Both the position numbers and the translations under genes were made by a program. This document shows positions 41,078 through 52,886 of a stretch of 64,000 nucleotides of DNA, one piece after another. This stretch comes from Azolla caroliniana (Eukaryota; Plantae; Polypodiophyta): assembly GCA_043228905.1 (NCBI GenBank), contig JBHGNT010000036.1:1-64000 (forward strand). The letters are read 5' to 3'. The notes beneath the pieces were generated by a model. It worked only from the letters and a program-made list of their open reading frames with translations. It searched no databases and was not told the origin of the DNA. How positions within the stretch are numbered: the stretch's first letter is position 1; the number at the start of each line of letters is the position of its first letter.

Positions 41078-42450
41078 TGTGTGTAGTTGTATGCATATAT
41101 CCATATGTCAATGTACATGACTCAATGTATATGAATGTGTGATTGTAATATATGCATATGCAATGTATGTATGTACATGAATGAATGTACATATGTGTAT
41201 TATGTATATATGTAATATGTAATGTATGTATGTTTGTATGTGTATAGTGTATGGCATATGCATATATGCATACATGAGTGTGTGGATGTTTGTTCGTAAT
41301 ATTTATGTATATATGTATGTATTGTAGTTTGTGATGATATGTATGTACATATGTAACGTACGTATGTATATGTATGTAACGTATTTATGTGTATGCATGT
41401 ATGTAATGTATGTATATATGTGTATGGATGTATGCTTGTAAAACTTATAACATTGTAGGCATATGTATGTATATATATGGTGATATGTGGAATATGTATG
41501 TATGTATGTGTATGCATATATGTATCTGTCAATATACATGATTCAATGAGTCTGAATGTGTTTGTAATATGTGCATAATATGTATGTATATATCCAATGT
41601 ATGTATGTGTATGTATATGTATGTGTGTATGTGGTCATATGTATGTAAATGTATGAATGTATGTATACGTATATATGTAAATTGTAATGTATTTATGTAT
41701 GTATATTTTTGGGATATTTTCATGTTTAGTATGTATATGGTTCGTATATGGATGTATGTTGTAATATGTACGTAATATGCATGTATATATTCAATGTATG
41801 TGTAAAGTATACATATACCTAATGTGTGTGTGTATGTAAGCATTGTGGTTTGTATGGTCTAGTATAATCTATATATACAGTGATATGTATTTACATATGT
41901 AATATATCTATATATGTGTATATGTAATTTATGTATGTGTAAATTTGTATATTGTGTAATAGGTATGGATTATATGCTATGTAATATCTAATTTATTTAT
42001 GTGTGTGTGCACGTGTATATATATGCAATATATGTATCTTGTTTGTAAGTATGAAGATTTGTATACATATAATATGTAGCCTTAGGTATTAATATGTATG
42101 TGTATATGTATATATATATAATATGTAATTTATTTTTCTGTGTTTTGTATGTATATATGCATTTGTGTATGTATGTATGTCATATGTAATTTTATTGTAT
42201 GTATTATGTTACATGTATATATGTATGTCAATATATATGGTTGAAACTTGATTCTAATATGTATGTAGTACGTAATGCATGTATGTATGTGTATGTACAT
42301 ATTTACATATGGTAATATATATTTGTACATATATTTATGTTTAGTCAGTATGCATGTATAAATGGGTGTAATGTATGTATATACATATTCATGGATGTAA
42401 TGTTTGAATGTAGGTATATGTATGTATGTATGTATGTATGCTACTCCAAA
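38700..42450. repeat. Long compound (TATG)n/(TG)n low-complexity tract
   Basis: Visible directly; orientation flips to CATA at ~40195-40500. Confidence 0.93.
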
Positions 42451-42568
42451 TTTGAGTATTGTTTGTATACTAGTATATTCTTTACTATCTCATTGAAATA
42501 TCTAATATTTCATGGGCTTATGTAAAAAAAATTTCCAGCATAATTGATAATACCCTTACGTAAATATA

Positions 42569-42779
42569 TTTTCAAATCTTTATTAATACCCTTATATATA
42601 TATATATATATATATTCTGTATCTCACTTATTAAATTAAACCCCTTTTGATGAACTCACGTGCTATCATATAAGTTTTCAAATCTTTATTAATACCCTTA
42701 TATATATATTCTGTATCTCACTGATTAAATTAAACCCCTTTTGATGAACTCGTGTGCCATCATACAAGTTTTGATAGTG
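42569..42779. repeat. ~105-bp tandem duplication at the right end of the CACTA-like element
   Basis: ttttcaaatctttattaataccc...gatgaactc..tcata.aagtttt occurs twice. Confidence 0.8.
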
Positions 42780-44034
42780 AAGCCTCAATTCGAGAGAAGT
42801 ACAAAAGGAGGCGGGAAATCGAAGGGCGATCCTAGGTGTCTCTCCACACGGATTCTGGAGACTTCGGTGGTTCGGCCTGCGTGGCAACGTAAGACCAAAG
42901 AGGAGGAAGGTGACGGAGGGAGATCAGGAAGACACGAACCGGGGTGAAGAGGAAGTACGACTTGATCGGTCGGGGACGAGTCCAGACAAGAGCCGGGAAT
43001 GCCGAGTTTTGGATAACCGCGGACAGGAGTCGAACCGGATCGGGGGTTGGAGAAGTGAAAACCGGTGAGCGCAGAGAAGGGACTAAGTGAGCTCAGTGGC
43101 CGTGAAAAGAACATTCGTGAGGGATCCTCCACACCTAACCCAGATACTTCGCCAATTGCGGATCAACGTAAGACCGAGGAGACAGAAGGTGGCAACGAGG
43201 GGACGAAGGTTGTAGCAAACAAAGGCGCCGAAGAAGTCAAGTGGAGTGTCACGGAGAACGACGGAGGCCATGCGGGCCAATCAGACAACAAAGGTGTTCC
43301 TTGGATTTGGAGTGACGATATCAGACACTACGCCGAACTGAAGAGCGTCGACACGGATGTCGGGGTAGTAGTGTACCCTATTGAAAGGGGACACATAGAA
43401 GAAGTGCAAAGCGAGGGACGTGCATTGTGGCCACGTAGGAGCCAAGTGACGAGCATGGAGGAGAACGATAATGAGCAGCCAGAAGGAGTTTGGCGTGTGG
43501 CGGTGATGGATCGAGGAAGCGCTCGGATCGAAATGGGCACAGCGAAGGTGTGATATCCCACAAGCGGTTAGGAGGAACAAGGACCCTTGCTGCACACGAA
43601 GAACAAAGGAAGTCGGATCAGGTCGAGACCGACGTTCGGGATATTTGCTCCAACCGAAGGAAGGGACGAATCCAGAAATCGGATCTGGTGGTTCGGGTGG
43701 AGAGGCCGGACGAGCGTGAAGTGGATCCTCAAGGACAACTGTGGAGACGAACTCTCGGACGGGGACGAGGTCGATCCGAAAATCGACAATTCGAGACCGG
43801 CAGAGGTGGGCACAACAGTCGGAGACCGGAATGGTGGAGAACCCGGTTGATCATTGTCGCTAGAATTCTCTCACCTTCTTTCCCTTTCTAGGCACATTAC
43901 GGTTGATGTGCGGTTTGGTGGGGGTGGATGTCATGAAGATTTGGTGGGGGTGGATGTCTAGGCACCCCACCACCGTTCTAGTCGACTCCGAACAGATTCC
44001 CCCGAAACCGACACATAATGGCATCAACATCCGA

Positions 44035-45809
44035 TGTCGTGAAGATTTCCGACTATGGTGAGAAAACCGAATGAAATGGGCAAAGTTGTCGATGTGCAAC
44101 ATGTGCACATGTACATTAGGAAATTGTATATAAAATAATAGGGGATATTTATCCCACATTGTAATGTCCTTCCCTCCTTGGACTATAAAACGAGGGAGGG
44201 ATCTCATGTGAAGGGGTTGCCCATTTTGAGTTAGGAGGGTATACCACTTAGATCTAGGGTTAGGTAGCTTCTTCTTCTTATTAGGTAGCTTCTTCTTCTT
44301 ATTATTTTCTTTTAGGGTTTCACTTAGGTCTTCTTCTTCGTCATCGTGTGGGTGGAGTCTTTGTGTCTGTTAAGGGTTTAGTCCGGTTGTCAACTCATAT
44401 GTCCTAGGGGGTTTTGCTTCCGCTCTATCTCCTATGGAAGACCCCGCTAGGCGCGATGAGCCCAAGAACTACCCGATTGATCTCTTGGCAACAGACCGCT
44501 GTTGTAACCTAATCTACCATAGACCAGCTCGAAGCCGGAGTTGTATCTTGCTTTAGCATATATATATGAGTGAAGTTTTGTGCATCTTTGTCTGTGTTGG
44601 TGTCTTTGGCATTCTTTCTTTCTAGTTTCTGTACATAGGAAGCGTGTGTCTAGTCGGTGTTGCATGCATCTCCTTTTCCCTATCTAATTCGTTGCTTTTG
44701 CTCCGTATCCGGAAACGCTCTGATCGATGTTTTGGCCGGTCACCAGGAAAGGTGAGCTCAACCTTCTATGCTCTGTCTCTCTCATGTCCAAGACCCCGGT
44801 GGTCCCGCCTCGGATCTAACACGTACCCGTGGATGTCGTGAAGATTTCTGGCTACGGTGAGAAAACCGGATGAAATGGGCAAAGTCGTTGATGTGCAACA
44901 TGTGCACATATACATTAGGAAATGTATATAAAATAATAGGGGATATTTATCCCACATTGTAACGTCCTTCCCTCCTTGGACTATAAAACAAGGGGGGGGT
45001 CTCTTGTGAAGTGGTTGCCCATTTTGAGTTAGGAGGGTATATCACTCAGATCTAGGGTTTGATAACTTCTTCTTCTTCTTTCTCGTTGGAGTAGAGGTTT
45101 AGGGTTTCTCTTGGTTCTTATCTCTCTTCTTGGTTATGGTTTAATCTGGTTTAGAGCATGTATGCTCTAAGGGTTTCCGTTCGTAGCTCTGTCTCTTGTG
45201 CAAGACCCCACTCGTGTAGGTGAGCCCGAGTGCTCCCCGATATGCGGCTTGGCGGCATACATCTGTTGTGGTTTGGTAAGAAGGCCCGTCTTCAACGCAA
45301 GGCTTCCACTCGCGTAGACGAGCCCGAGTGCTCCCCGACTGGTGCTTGCTTGTAGAAGGCTGTTGTATCTGTTCGGTATTGGACCGTCTCGAAATCGGCG
45401 TTGTAATTGTTCTTGTAATATACATCTATGTATCTGTGTCAACGTCAATGTCTTTAGTGTCTCTTTTCCCACGGGTGCGCGTGTTAGGTGTGTGTGCGTG
45501 TTGAGTCTCCCTGCGTCGTGGCATGTCTTCTCTTATCAGTTTGGAGACTCATCGACTTGTATATACCTGGTCCCCGTCAAGCCGTGTGATTTTTGCTTCT
45601 CGCTCTTCTGTACATAAGGGCGTGTGAAGAGCCAATGTGCGTGCGTGTGTTCTCCTTGCCCTCGATACGAATCTGTCCGGTTTGGTTGCTTCTGGCTCGC
45701 ATCACGAATCGTTCCGGTTAGTGCCATAACCGGTGTATCCGACTTCGAAGAAATCGGCCTTCCAGTAACCGTCTCTACCCGGACTGTGACCCCTGTGGTA
45801 CCGCCCACA
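44035..45809 (+). mobile_element. Two tandem diverged LTR-like units starting TGTCGTGAAG
   Basis: 44035-~44821 and 44834-45809 share the first ~250 bp including a TATA box (ctataaaa) and similar gtggt.ccgcc ends. Confidence 0.6.
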
Positions 45810-46259
45810 CCTGCTCATCTGAGATGAGTCTATTTCTCCCTTTTGATTTATCTCAGCAATATGTAGGGAGTAGAAGAGGAGTTGCATCTTTATTAAGACA
45901 AATACATAAATTTACCAAAACAATCTTTTGTTCACCTTGCTTTTCATGAATCCTTGACCACTTGCTTTTAAGCTTCTATTACTTAATAAAACCAACACAC
46001 CAACGTTGGCTATGAGAAGCTCTTTAAAATGTACTAATATTCCAGAGTCTGATGACTTGTAAACTGATAGCAAACATTAGGGTTTGTGAGCCAAATGTTG
46101 GAAAGACATATATTTAAGCAATTTACATGCAGATATGTAGAAAGTGGAAAATTCTTTGGTGGAAATTTTGTTCTCAAGAAATGATGATTAATTTATGATT
46201 TGCTCAAGAATTTTGAGTTTCTTGAGTAATAATCAAGGGTTTGGTTTGTATGCATCTAC

Positions 46260-46457
46260 AAGAAAATAAATTTGGTATGTGGGCATAGAATAAATTTGCC
46301 GATCTAACAATTGCTTCCATTAATTGGCGTCCACATGGTTGGTGAATGAGACAATTGCTTTAATACATCTATATGATCAATCACATCTGGTTTTGATAGT
46401 TATTTCAATTATAAGAAAATAAATTTGGCTATCTAACAATTGGTTCAATTAATTGGC
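46260..46457. repeat. 129-bp array, ~1.5 units (array 2, truncated)
   Basis: Same unit as arrays 1 and 3; ends abruptly at aattaattggc 46457. Confidence 0.85.
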
Positions 46458-46632
46458 AGAGAACAATCATTCATTTCTCTCTCTCTGCACAATCATTCGA
46501 TTCTCCCGAAGTTACCCTCTCTCTCTCTGCTTGCTTGAATTGGTAGGCTGTACATTGTGACTTAGGTCTGATTATTGATGGCTTCCCTCCATCGCCATGG
46601 CCATCTTCCTGGCTCTGTTGTGTGTTTATGTG

Positions 46633-49600
46633 TGATAGTAAGAAAAGGCCAAATCTGTAATTTCTTACTATTTACGCATAGATATATAAACTAATAGAAA
46701 TGAGGGTTTCGTTTTCCCCGAAAAAGTTTTGTCTTTCTCTTTCTGTTTTCTTTCTGTGTGTTGTTTTTCCTCTGTGTGTGTGTTCGAAATTTTTTGTGCA
46801 GGCCAGAAAACAGCAGCTCGTCCGCCTCCATTACTCCAGATTCAACAGTGGTATCAGAGCATGGACTTTGTGAGACTGTGTGTAGCAACAAGCATCTACA
46901 TTTCTGCGTTTTCCCCCTCTGCGCATGCTATTTTTCAGGACCTCGACAGAGGTAATATCTACTACACGTTTCCGTCTTGAACAGTTTTTTTTTGTGTGCC
47001 TATTTTTTGGGGAAAAATAGACCTTGGTGGAAGGTAGAAACAGAGAAGACTTGTTGTTTCAGAAGTGAGGATTTACACGCAAAAGAACCTGTGTTTGGTT
47101 TCTTTTTTTTTTTCCTTTTGATGCTTGCTCACTTGATGTGAGTTTGTGACGTTGAAGTTACGTCTTGGTTACAAACATTTTACCTTGGCTGATATAAGAA
47201 AGAGGTGTTGTCCTCAATCGAACACATATACCTACCCTAGAACACGGCTTGAGACTAGGTAGGGAGTAGTGTCTCAACTATTGTTAGTTGTTTATATTTG
47301 GGATTGACCAAGTTTACCTAGCTTCCGAATGGTTGCCTCTGAAATGTCCGAGGTTTCAAGTACCTCACGCGGTGGTTCGTTCAATTCCCATAGAAATCAC
47401 CCTATGAGTGGAAAAGACCACCTTGAGATCCGTAAATTTGACGGATCCAACTTTGCCCTGTGGAAGAATCAGATGAGAGATGTCCTGATTCAAAGAAGGC
47501 AATTAAGAGCTATAAGTGGTGAAGCCAAGAGACCCGAGGGCATGACCAAGGACGATTGGGAAGAGCTCGATCTCTTGGCAATGTCTACCATAAGACTGCA
47601 CCTGGCTGACAACGTGTATTTCACAGTCTTGGACTGTGACTCAGTTGAAAAGCTATGGACTAAACTATCCAGTACATACGAAAAAGAGACCGCATCAAAC
47701 AAAGTTTATCTAATGAGAAAACTTTATGATCTTCGAATGAAGGACAATGACAGTGTCGCTTCTCATTTGAATGATTTTGATGCATTATGGTCACAATTAC
47801 TGGCTCAGAAAATGATTTTTGATGATGAGTTGAAATGTGTATTTTTGTTATGCACTTTGCCTAGCTCATGATACACTTTTTGCACCGCTATTAGTGCAAG
47901 TGCACCAAATGGGAAATTAGTCTATAATGACATATGTGGAGCTCTTTTGGGTGAAGAAATTCGTAGAAAATCTGTGATTGCATCACACAATGGAGATGCA
48001 TATAATGTTTCTGATGTTGGTCCTCGCAAGAACCAACAACGTGGTAGGAGCCAAACAAGAAATAGTGGTGGAAATGATAGAGGTAGAAGCAAATCTAGGA
48101 ACAAAAATATGGAGTGCCATTACTGTCATAAAAAGGGTCACCTTAAGAAAGATTGTTATGCCCTTAAAAATAAGGAGAAAGATAATGCTAGAGGGCATGG
48201 TAGACAATCTAGTGGTCCCTCTTCCTCGTTGGAAACGGAGGAAGTAAATGCAACATGTAGTGAGACGGACATCTTGGTCCTAGATGATGTTAGCACACAT
48301 GCTGGGGTGAACACGGTCTTTTCTCCATCATATACGTGGTTGTTGGACTCCGGTGCATCGTTTCATGTGACTCCACATAGAGAGTGGTTCACATGTTATG
48401 AAGCCAAGTCGCTTGGGAAAGTTCGACTTGGAGACTCACATCAATGCGATGTGATTGGCATTGGAGATATCTCAATGCATTTTAGTGATGGTGCTCATTT
48501 GACCATTAAAGACGTACGCCATGTTCCCCAACTAACTCGTAGTTTGATCTCCGTTGGTCAGCTTGATGACAATGGATATAAGGTGATGTTTGCTTCTCAA
48601 TCCTTTCGTATAACGAAAGGAAATATGATTGTTGCAAAAGGGAACAAAGTTGGTTCCCTCTACCCTCTATTTGTTCATCAAAAGGAACACTTGTTGGTTG
48701 TCACAGACCAGCCAATGACGAGCATTTGGCATGGTCGTTTGGGCCACATGTCAAGAAATGGCATGGAAATCCTATCTCATTATGGCCACTTACCTAAGTT
48801 GTCATTCTCTGATTTTGCCTTATGTGAGCATTGTCAACATGGTAAGCAAACTAGAAGTGCACATAAGACTAGTGTAAACTCATCCACTAAACCATTGGAT
48901 CTTGTCCACACGGATGTTTGTGGACCTATGCCCACAAGATATTTGGGTGGTGCCCTATATTTTGTTACTTTCATTGATGATGCCACTAGGAAAGTTTGGG
49001 CTTATCCAATTAAGGGAAAGGATGATGTATACCCCACTTTCAGAAAATGGCTTAGTTCGGTTGAGCTAGAAAAGGACATAAAGCTTAAGGCTTTACGTTC
49101 GGACAATGGAGGTGAGTATACCTCTCACGAATTTGTTGACTTTTGTAAGTCTAGAGGTATTCGGAGAGAGTTTACAGCTCCTTACACCCCTGTCCAAAAT
49201 GGTGTGGCTGAGAGGATGAATAGAACCATCCAGGACAGAGTTGTCTCCATGCTACACCATGCAAACCTCTCGCAAGGTTTTTGGGCAGAAGCTGTTTTAA
49301 CAGCAGTCCATGTGATTAACCTATCACCGAACACAGCCATAGGTCTAAGAGTGGCACAAGAGGTGTGGACTGGCAAGACACCTCATTATGCTCATCTCAG
49401 AGTTTTTGGATGCGAAGCGTATGTACACATTCCAAAAACTTTAAGAAAGAAATTAGACTATAAATGCAGAAAATGTATATTTCTTGGTTACGGAATTGAT
49501 GGACAGTTTGGATATCGCTTATGGGACCCTGACACACGTACTGTGGTCAGAAGTAGTGATGTTGTTTTTGACGAGAACAAAATGCATAAACAGTCCGTAA

Positions 49601-51818
49601 AGGAGGTAGAAGTGAGAAAGGTTGCATTTAAAGATAGTACGCCTTTTGTTGATGAAAAACAGAAAAATCTTATTGATGTAGATGCTTCGCAGTCACAAAA
49701 AACTGTTATTGACCAGGATGAAGATGCCCAAAATGATAATGCTCAGCACAATGATGTGCAAAATGATGCTTTTCAGCAAGAATATGCTCATAATGATGAT
49801 GCTCAGAATGAGGTTTCTCATGCACAACCTGATGGCACTCAGGTTCATGATTCATTGAGGAGATCTATGCGTGTGCCCAAGGCACCTAGTAAGTTTGCTG
49901 ATTATGTAATGCTAACAGATGCCGGTGAGCCTTCATGTTACAATGAAGCCATATCTGTAAATGACCATGTGAAATGGAAATAGGCCATACAAAGTGAATT
50001 GGACAGCATTTATAAAAATGGTACTTGGGATTTAGTACCTTTGCCAAAGGACAGGAAAGCATTGCCATGCAAATGGGTATACAAGTATAAGTATACATCT
50101 GATAGTGCTTCTCCAAAGTATAAAGCACGCTTGGTTGCAAAAGGTTTCAAGCAAGAATATGGAATTGACTTTGATGAAACCTTTTCTCTTGTAGTTAAGA
50201 TGACTACATTACGTATGTTGCTTTCATTGGCTGCAAATCAGAATTTGGAACTTGTCCAAATGGATGTGAAGACTGCTTTCTTGCATGGGGACCTTGATGA
50301 GGACATTTATATGGAACAACCAGAAGGTTATGAAGTATTGGGAAAAGAACATTTGGTATGTAAACTCAAGAAGAGTTTGTATGGGCTTAAGCAGTCCCCG
50401 AGGTTATGGTATCAGAAATTTGATGCCTTTATGAAGACTCAAGGATGTACTAGAAGCAATGAAGATGCATGTCTTTATACGAAAAACTGTTCAGATGGGA
50501 GTTTTATCACATTGATATTATATGTTGATGACATGCTTATCGCTGGTAAAAACAAGGATGAGTTATCCTCGTTAAAGAAAAACTTGAGCCAGAATTTTGA
50601 CATGAAGGATTTGGGAGATGCAAAACATATTCTTGGTATGCGTATCACTTGTGATAAGAGTAAGCGATGTATTTACTTGTCTCAGGCTGAGTACATATCG
50701 AAAGTGCTCATGAGGTTTAATATGGAGAATGCGAAGCCGTTAAGCACTCCACTACCTTCATATGTAAATCTGAGCACACGTGATTGCCCCACATCCGATG
50801 AGGACAAGAAATTCATGTCCAAGGTTCCTTATCAATCCGCTGTTGGGAGTCTTATGTACGCTATGATAGCAACCAGACCAGACATTGCTTTCGCAGTGGG
50901 AGCTGTGAGCAAATTTATGTCCAATCCTGGTAATAAACATTGGGAGGCAGTTAAACTGATTTTAAGATATCTGTGTGGCACTAAGAATAGGTGTCTATGT
51001 TTAGGTGGTGGAACTGTATCCATCATCGGATACACAGATTCTGATTATGCTGGCTGCTCTGACAGCAGAAAATCCACTTCAGGATATATTTTTCAGTTTA
51101 TGGGAGGTGCGATATCTTGGAGATCTCGTCTCCAAAAATGTACTGCTCTGTCCACTACAGAAGCAGAGTATGTCGCAGCTAGCGAAGCTTGTAAGGAAGT
51201 CGTATGGCTGTCCAGATTAGCTTGTGACATGGGCATATCTAAGCTTGTACCCATATTGTTTTGTGATAGTCAGAGTGCCATTGCATTGGCTAAAAACCCA
51301 GTATACCATGCGAAGACCAAGCACATTGGAGTGAGATATCACTTCATTCGAGAATGCATAGCTGCTGGCTATATTAGTCTTGAGAAAGTTGTCTCTCAAG
51401 ACAATGCCGCAGATGCGTTGACCAAGGCTCTATCGCACGAAGCACTAGAGCATTGCTGCCACTTGATGGGGATAACTTAGGTCATGAGGTTACACATTGT
51501 TTCTTGTACATTGTGTAACATACTCATCAAGTAGGATGTGTAGGTCTTGTTCAATCTCCCCATCAGCTTTGTTGATCCCTGGTTTGGCCTTTTAGTGGGA
51601 GATTGATAGTAAGAAAAGGCCAAATCTGTAATTTCTTACTATTTACGCATAGGTATATAAACTAATAGAAATGAGGGTTTCGTTTGCCCCAAAAAAGTTT
51701 TGTCTGTCTCTTTCTGTTTTCTTTCTGTGTGCTGTTTTTCCTCTGTGTGTGTGTTCGACATTTTCTGTGCAAGCCAGAAAACAGCAGCTCGTCCGCCTCC
51801 ATTACTCCAGATTCAACA
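46633..51818 (+). mobile_element. Ty1/copia LTR retrotransposon D, full length
   Basis: 215-bp LTRs 46633-46847 and 51604-51818 (8 mismatches counted), TSD ATGTG 46628-46632 and 51819-51823, PBS 46849-46860, PPT ~51594-51602. Confidence 0.97.
47329..51480 (+). pseudogene. Copia D gag-pol polyprotein, single frame with two premature stops
   Basis: ORFs 47329-47871, 47947-49983 and 49999-51480 are in one frame; CHYCHKKGHLKKDC, WLLDSGASFHVT, LRSDNGGEY, LYVDDMLI, CDSQSAIALAKNP. Confidence 0.95.
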
Positions 51819-52508
51819 ATGTGTGTGGTCACAAGAAACAGGCCCCCTCACCTACATATGTACATACATATGTCTATATGTATGTATGTATGTATGTATG
51901 TACAAGCAATTTCATGTATGTACATTGTATCGGTATGTATGTATGAGTATGTATGTACAAGCAATTTCATGTTATACATACCAACCATCCATCCTTGGGG
52001 CAAATAGTCACACCTGCTCGGTGCACAACGTAAGCACATGTGCAACAGTGCAAGATGCCAAATAACGTCGAAAATGAAATGAAAACCACAAAAACCTAAA
52101 CCTAAACCTAATAAAGCATATATATGTATTGCATAACCTTCGTCGTATCTGCTTTTCCTTGCTCGTTATTTGATGATTATCATATCAACTAGCGGTTTAT
52201 CCCAACCTAGGCAATGGGAAAATGAGTGTACAACAATGTCGATAAGTCAATTCATATTTAAACTGACACTTGTAACCTAGTTGACTAGTTGTTCATCTCT
52301 TGTAGAAATGTGCCATTATAATTCTTAGAGCAATAATACAGTTACATTGTTGTGCCCTCTGTGGTGTCTCCTTCCCTACCGATGCTTTCTTGATCTTGTT
52401 TTCTTATGTTGTTAATCGTTCTTAATCTGTTATTTGATATCTTCCTGAAGACTCTTATCTATTAGAGTGCTGGTTTTGTTCCACATCTATCCGGTAGCCT
52501 CCAACATC

Positions 52509-52520
52509 TGGTATCAGAGC
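52509..52520 (+). other. tRNA-Met primer binding site of an old LTR element in the spacer
   Basis: TGGTATCAGAGC 2 nt after ...CTCCAACA. Confidence 0.6.
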
Positions 52521-52696
52521 TTGGTTTCTTACATCCTGCCACCGACTGTCTCTTTGTCTTCATCAACACTTCCTCCTTGGTAGCTTTTGAAGATCTTTCT
52601 GAAAACTTCCTTTAAAACATTATGAGAATTCGGTCCAACTGAAATCTTTTGTCAGGGAACCCCAACAAGATCATTTTTTGCTTAAGAAGAAACACC

Positions 52697-52735
<39 letters not shown>

Positions 52736-52886
52736 TCCACTACTAGCTAGATAGCCCTTGAAGTAGGCTAACCGGTTGTACTTTGTCTCTTTTAGTGTAG
52801 CCACTCGGAGTGGGATTCTTTCATATGACTGGCCTCACTCATGCTTCATTCAGTTTGACGAAAATTGAATAGGTCATCTGACGTTG

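Larger units (their letters stand above)
37841..42779. mobile_element. CACTA-like non-autonomous DNA transposon filled with microsatellite
   Basis: Begins CACTAT (37841) and ends ATAGTG (42779) with loosely similar subterminal sequence; interrupts one GC-rich host repeat; no 3-bp TSD visible (CTC vs AAG). Confidence 0.6.

Noticed and set aside
41870-41882. Internal CAGTG as a second CACTA terminus
   Set aside because: Embedded in low-complexity TA sequence with no TSD
38713-42525. Many His/Thr/Tyr- or Cys/Val/Met-rich ORFs
   Set aside because: Artefacts of TATG/TG microsatellite
47869-47871. Gag-internal TGA of copia D as programmed readthrough
   Set aside because: Falls on the Trp/Tyr position of the LPxS(W/Y) gag motif; a G>A mutation is simpler
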